A DNA stretch of 64,000 nt from Alphaproteobacteria bacterium (GTDB taxonomy: Bacteria; Pseudomonadota; Alphaproteobacteria; SMXQ01): the NCBI GenBank assembly GCA_009380075.1, contig WHSO01000007.1:14099-78098 (forward strand). The letters run 5' to 3'. Within the stretch, counting starts at the first letter, position 1, and each line of letters begins with the position of its first letter. The position numbers were made by a program, and so were the translations under genes. Positions 60,498 to 64,000 of this stretch are shown piece by piece. The notes beneath the pieces were generated by a model. It saw nothing but the letters and a program-made list of their open reading frames with translations, ran no database searches and had not been told where the DNA came from.

Positions 60498-61967
60498 ATG
60501 TCACACCGTCGTTTTTCTGTTTCTGTTCGTTCCAAGACGCCGATGAGGACAGCGGCTCTTGGGTTATATGCCCTCATCGGCGTCTCCCTGGCATCGATGG
60601 AGGCGGCACGGGCCACCTCTCTCGAGGAAGCCGTGAAAATGAGCCTGTCCAACCCCGATGTCGGGGAAGCGCAGGCAAACCGTCGTGCCGTCGATCAGGA
60701 CCTTCGCGAGGCGCGCGGACTCCATTTCCCCACGGTCGACATGCGTGGGGACACGGGCCCGTCCCAGGTCAACAACTCGACGACGCGTGCGATCGATTCC
60801 GATGACGACTGGCTGTGGCGGCGCCAGGCATCGTTGATCGTCGTACAGAGGGTTTTCGATGGCGGAAACGTATCCAACCAGGTGGATCGCCAGCGCGCGC
60901 GCGTTTCGGCGGCGGCGGCCCGGGTGACGGAGCGCTCGGAATTCGTGGGCCTCGATGCGGTTCAGGCATATCTGGACGTCCTGCGTCAGATCGAACTGGT
61001 GCGGCTTGCCGAGGATAATCTCCGGGCTAATGTCTCGAAGTTCGACGATGTGCGGAGTCGCGTGCAGGCAGGCCGGAGCAGCATTGCCGATCAGCGCCAG
61101 GGGGAAAACCGGGTTTCCCAGGCGCGCAACGATCTGGTCGGCGCTCAGCGCCGCCTCGACGAATCGCGCGCCCAGTACCTCCGCGTCGTTGGCGCGGAAC
61201 CCACGGCGCTGTCGCGCCCGAGCCTTTCCGCCGGATTGCTGCCGGGTGACATCGACGCGGCCCTGAACAAGGCGCAACGGAAGAATCCCTCGGTCATCGC
61301 CGCATCGCGCGAGGTCGATGCCGCGGACGCCCTCGTCCGGGTCAACGAGGCCGTGTGGTGGCCCCAGGTCAACCTTGAAATGACGGCGACCAAGGGCGCC
61401 GACGTCGGCGGTTTGCGCGGTGCGAACGACGAATATCTCGCGCTTCTCGTGGCACGTTGGAACCTCTACAGCGGCGGAAGCGACACGGCCCGCCGTTCGG
61501 GTTCGATGGAACGCGCCATCGAGGCACGGGAGCGGTTGCACTCCTCCGTCCTCAAATCCGACGAAGAGACGCGCCGCAGCTGGATCGCGATGACGCGCCA
61601 GCGTGAGCGAGTGGCGATCCTGCGCGAGCGGGTGCGGTCCGCGGAAGGCGTGCTGTCCGCATACAGCCAGCAATTCAATGTCGGGCAACGCGATCTTCTC
61701 GATGTGCTCGACGCCCAGAACGACTTGTTCAACGCGAAGAGTGAACTCGTCACCGCCGAATACTCGGAACTTTTCGCGGGCTACCGTCTCCTCGCCGTCA
61801 CCGGCGATCTGATGACGGCCCTGAGTATCTCTTACCCGGAGGAGGCCCAGGGGGCGGGTGCCGCGATGTCGCCGTCGAAGTCCAAGTCGATGAAGAAGTC
61901 GGATGCGTCCCCGGCCGCGCCTAAGAAGGCCCCCGTCGACCTCAACGACTGGACCCAGCCGCGGTAG
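60498..61967 (+). CDS. TolC family outer-membrane efflux/type I secretion protein
   Basis: GGGGGAG RBS. Signal peptide. Two repeats of the OEP helical/barrel pattern. ~489 aa. Confidence 0.8.
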   Translation: MSHRRFSVSVRSKTPMRTAALGLYALIGVSLASMEAARATSLEEAVKMSLSNPDVGEAQANRRAVDQDLREARGLHFPTVDMRGDTGPSQVNNSTTRAIDSDDDWLWRRQASLIVVQRVFDGGNVSNQVDRQRARVSAAAARVTERSEFVGLDAVQAYLDVLRQIELVRLAEDNLRANVSKFDDVRSRVQAGRSSIADQRQGENRVSQARNDLVGAQRRLDESRAQYLRVVGAEPTALSRPSLSAGLLPGDIDAALNKAQRKNPSVIAASREVDAADALVRVNEAVWWPQVNLEMTATKGADVGGLRGANDEYLALLVARWNLYSGGSDTARRSGSMERAIEARERLHSSVLKSDEETRRSWIAMTRQRERVAILRERVRSAEGVLSAYSQQFNVGQRDLLDVLDAQNDLFNAKSELVTAEYSELFAGYRLLAVTGDLMTALSISYPEEAQGAGAAMSPSKSKSMKKSDASPAAPKKAPVDLNDWTQPR

Positions 61968-61990
61968 GTCCGGGGAAGGGCGGCTCGGCA

Positions 61991-62734
61991 ATGCAGATCC
62001 GCCATCCCGCAGCCGAAGATACGTGCTTGTCCGCTAACCCGCACGCCGCCGATCCACCGATCCACCGCGTCGTCCAAGCCGAAGGGCGGCGGTATTCGCT
62101 CAAGCTCGAGCCGGCCTACTGGACAATCCTGGAAGAAGAGGCGAAGCGCGAGGGTCTTGCCCTGGCGCGGCTGGTTCAGCGCGTTGCCCTGGGTGTCCCC
62201 GCCGATGCCTCACTGACCGGGGCCCTGCGCCTCTATTGTGTCGGCCTGCTGCGCGAGCGTGCCGCGTCGGCACCCTCGTTTTCCGAACGGGATTCCGGTT
62301 CCCGGGATCCGTCGGAATCACCGTCCCAGGTGGCACTGCGCCGGTTGATCTCGTTCTTCATTTCATGCCCGGCGGCTGGGCTGCTCCTCAATCCGCGCGA
62401 AAAGGTCATCTGCGCCAATCGGGCGTTCGAGGCCTGGAGCCGCCTACGCGGCGACTATCTCGTCGGCAAGGCCGTGGATTGGCACTTCCAGTTGCGGATG
62501 GCGGAGCCGGTCGGGGCGGTGCTGGCCCGGTTTGCCAAGGGAGTCCCGGAATCCTTGACCGCCCGGATCAGCTATATCTCGCCCGGCCGGATCGTCGTGG
62601 CCAATGCGGCCGTGTCCCTGGTGCTCTGGGCCGCCAAGGACGACTTTGTCTGGTCGGTGATGATCGATTCGACCCAGCCCGGTCGCCTGCCGCCGGCCAC
62701 GGCCGCAGAAGGGGCCAAACTCACACCGGAGTGA
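61991..62734 (+). CDS. hypothetical protein with a ribbon-helix-helix (RHH_4-like) N-domain and a PAS-like domain
   Basis: RRYSLKLEPAYWTILEEEAKREGLALARLVQRV resembles the RHH_4 family. LNPREKVICANRAFEAWSRLRGDYLVGKAVDWHF resembles a PAS core. Confidence 0.45.
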   Translation: MQIRHPAAEDTCLSANPHAADPPIHRVVQAEGRRYSLKLEPAYWTILEEEAKREGLALARLVQRVALGVPADASLTGALRLYCVGLLRERAASAPSFSERDSGSRDPSESPSQVALRRLISFFISCPAAGLLLNPREKVICANRAFEAWSRLRGDYLVGKAVDWHFQLRMAEPVGAVLARFAKGVPESLTARISYISPGRIVVANAAVSLVLWAAKDDFVWSVMIDSTQPGRLPPATAAEGAKLTPE

Positions 62735-62816
62735 AGGGGTCCCTAAACTCGTCGTTGCCAAGTGCGCCCAACTGGTTAAATATTTATTTAAATTTTAGCC
62801 AAGCAGGAGCGGCGCC

Positions 62817-63203
62817 ATGGCGGCCCCCCCGAGCGATCACGGAACTCTGGATCTTCTGGGTGAGTCCATCACGCTGGATTTCGCCGGTTTGGAGACACCC
62901 GCATGGGACGCTGCGGTCGCGTCCGCAGACATGCCGTCCGGGCCGCCGGCCGACGATGGTCTGGTTGCGCTCAGCCTGGCCGATCTGGTGCCCGACGCTG
63001 AGGGCGAGGTCGTCTTTTTCGACGAATCCGGCCTCACCGAAATGGCCGTTATTCCGGATGGTCAACTGCTGGACCAGGGGATTGCCGACTCACACGTTAC
63101 TGTGGGTGGAATCGATGTCGCGGGTATGGCCTTCTACAGTTTCGATTCCGGCGTGACCCTCTATCTTCCAGCTGATATCCATGTTTCCGTTTTTCCAGGG
63201 TAG
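62817..63203 (+). CDS. acidic hypothetical protein
   Basis: AGGAG RBS. 128 aa, strongly Asp/Glu-rich. No recognised domain. Confidence 0.4.
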   Translation: MAAPPSDHGTLDLLGESITLDFAGLETPAWDAAVASADMPSGPPADDGLVALSLADLVPDAEGEVVFFDESGLTEMAVIPDGQLLDQGIADSHVTVGGIDVAGMAFYSFDSGVTLYLPADIHVSVFPG

Positions 63204-63634
63204 AGGTCTTTCAGGCTCTGGTGGGTGAAAGGGGCGGATTCACGCCCCTTTTTCGTTGTGTCTTGTCTCCGTCCCGAGCTGCCTTGGCGGCAGCGAATCT
63301 GGTTCTTCGCGAGACGGGCGCGCCATCCTTGGCAACTCGCTCCATCGGTTCGCGGGCCACCGGCCGTGAGTGCGGGTATGCCCCGCATTTTTTTGGTGTT
63401 AACACGAGGTGCTCCGGGTCGTGCCGCACGCCACCTAACCCGTTATAACGACGTGAATTCATTGGTTAATTTTCGACGTGGCGTCCCCTCGTCCAAGGGA
63501 ACACACACTCCGGTATGAGGGGCACCACCGGCGCGCTTGTTCCTAAATTTTCCGCAAATTACCTTCAAATCGAACGGTTTTCCCGTTTTCGCCGGGAGCC
63601 GTTTTCATTTTGGGTTTCGTAACGGGAGCAATCT

Positions 63635-64000
63635 ATGGCCACAGATACCAATACCCCGCAGGACAAGGCCCCCGGTACGCCGGGCGGCGCGCGGGGCACG
63701 GCCCATGGAGCCACGACCTCCGCCGACGAGGCGCTTCAGCTCGCCCAGGCCGCCGGGACATCAGATTCTGCGCCGGCAGCGGTGACGATTACGGCGCCGC
63801 CCGCGGGCGGACGGGCCGAGGTGACGGTAGAGGCAGGCGGGCGTCTGGTGTTCCAGGGCGTCGACTTGGCGACCGCCCAAATCCAGCAGTTCGAGGGCGG
63901 GCTCCTGATCACGCTGGCGAACGGCGGGGTGATCTTCCTGGCCGACTACACGGCGGCGGCGGAAAGCGCCAATCCGCCGGTGGTCGAGGTGGAGGGCATC
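63635..64000 (+). CDS. N-terminus of a large secreted protein, putative adhesin (3-prime truncated by window edge)
   Basis: GGGAG RBS 8 nt upstream of the ATG. Ala/Gly/Thr-rich N-terminus. The reading frame is open to the window end. Confidence 0.45.
   Translation, partial: MATDTNTPQDKAPGTPGGARGTAHGATTSADEALQLAQAAGTSDSAPAAVTITAPPAGGRAEVTVEAGGRLVFQGVDLATAQIQQFEGGLLITLANGGVIFLADYTAAAESANPPVVEVEGI

Noticed and set aside
62735-62816. AT-rich palindrome-like TTAAATATTTATTTAAA upstream of the acidic protein as a CtrA site
   Set aside because: Spacing is TTAA-N8-TTAAA, which does not match the TTAA-N7-TTAAC consensus. Kept only as a generic AT-rich promoter element.

Overview
High-GC (about 65-70%) alphaproteobacterial chromosomal segment, mostly tightly packed housekeeping and catabolic genes on both strands. 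Main blocks, in order: (1) a fragment of a solute-binding protein gene, two cupin genes, DUF4202 and DUF1194 genes, a PilZ gene, and a LysR-regulated amidohydrolase plus two tandem dienelactone hydrolases; (2) a probable phenylpropanoid/hydroxycinnamate CoA-dependent catabolic cluster (ADP-forming acyl-CoA synthetase, acyl-CoA dehydrogenase, hydratase-lyase-like enoyl-CoA hydratase, NAD-dependent dehydrogenase, cupin); (3) an RND efflux operon (periplasmic adaptor, permease, co-oriented alpha/beta hydrolase); (4) a core block: HDAC-like gene, xseB-ispA-tlyA-rlmD, clpS, aroC, fabI, an O-methyltransferase, pdxH, a CDF transporter, universal stress proteins, an SDR, a PadR-like regulator, hemA (ALA synthase), a class-III aminotransferase and manC; (5) a five-gene peptide-type ABC importer and pyrE; (6) from about 44.5 kb to the window end, a visibly lower-GC region carrying a complete Tad/Flp pilus locus (tadG, tadE, tadF, flp, cpaB, cpaC, lipoprotein, cpaE, cpaF, tadB, tadC, TPR/LytR_C lipoprotein, tadD, cpaA), then a TolC-family outer-membrane protein, an RHH/PAS protein, an acidic protein, and the start of a large secreted protein. 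Observations worth follow-up: perfect CtrA-box motifs (TTAA-N7-TTAAC) upstream of the PilZ gene and the TolC-like gene, with a near-match upstream of flp; a 17-bp tandem direct repeat in the TolC-like promoter; an atypical TPR-linker-LytR_C lipoprotein inside the Tad locus; three single-base frameshifts (RND permease, HDAC-like, ABC ATPase) and an in-frame amber codon in the O-methyltransferase, which together look more like sequencing indels than real pseudogenes. No rRNA, tRNA, CRISPR or transposase genes were recognised. No defence-type system was recognised. The candidate for a little-described system is the Tad locus together with its LytR_C lipoprotein, the CtrA-type boxes and the adjacent TolC/large-secreted-protein module.
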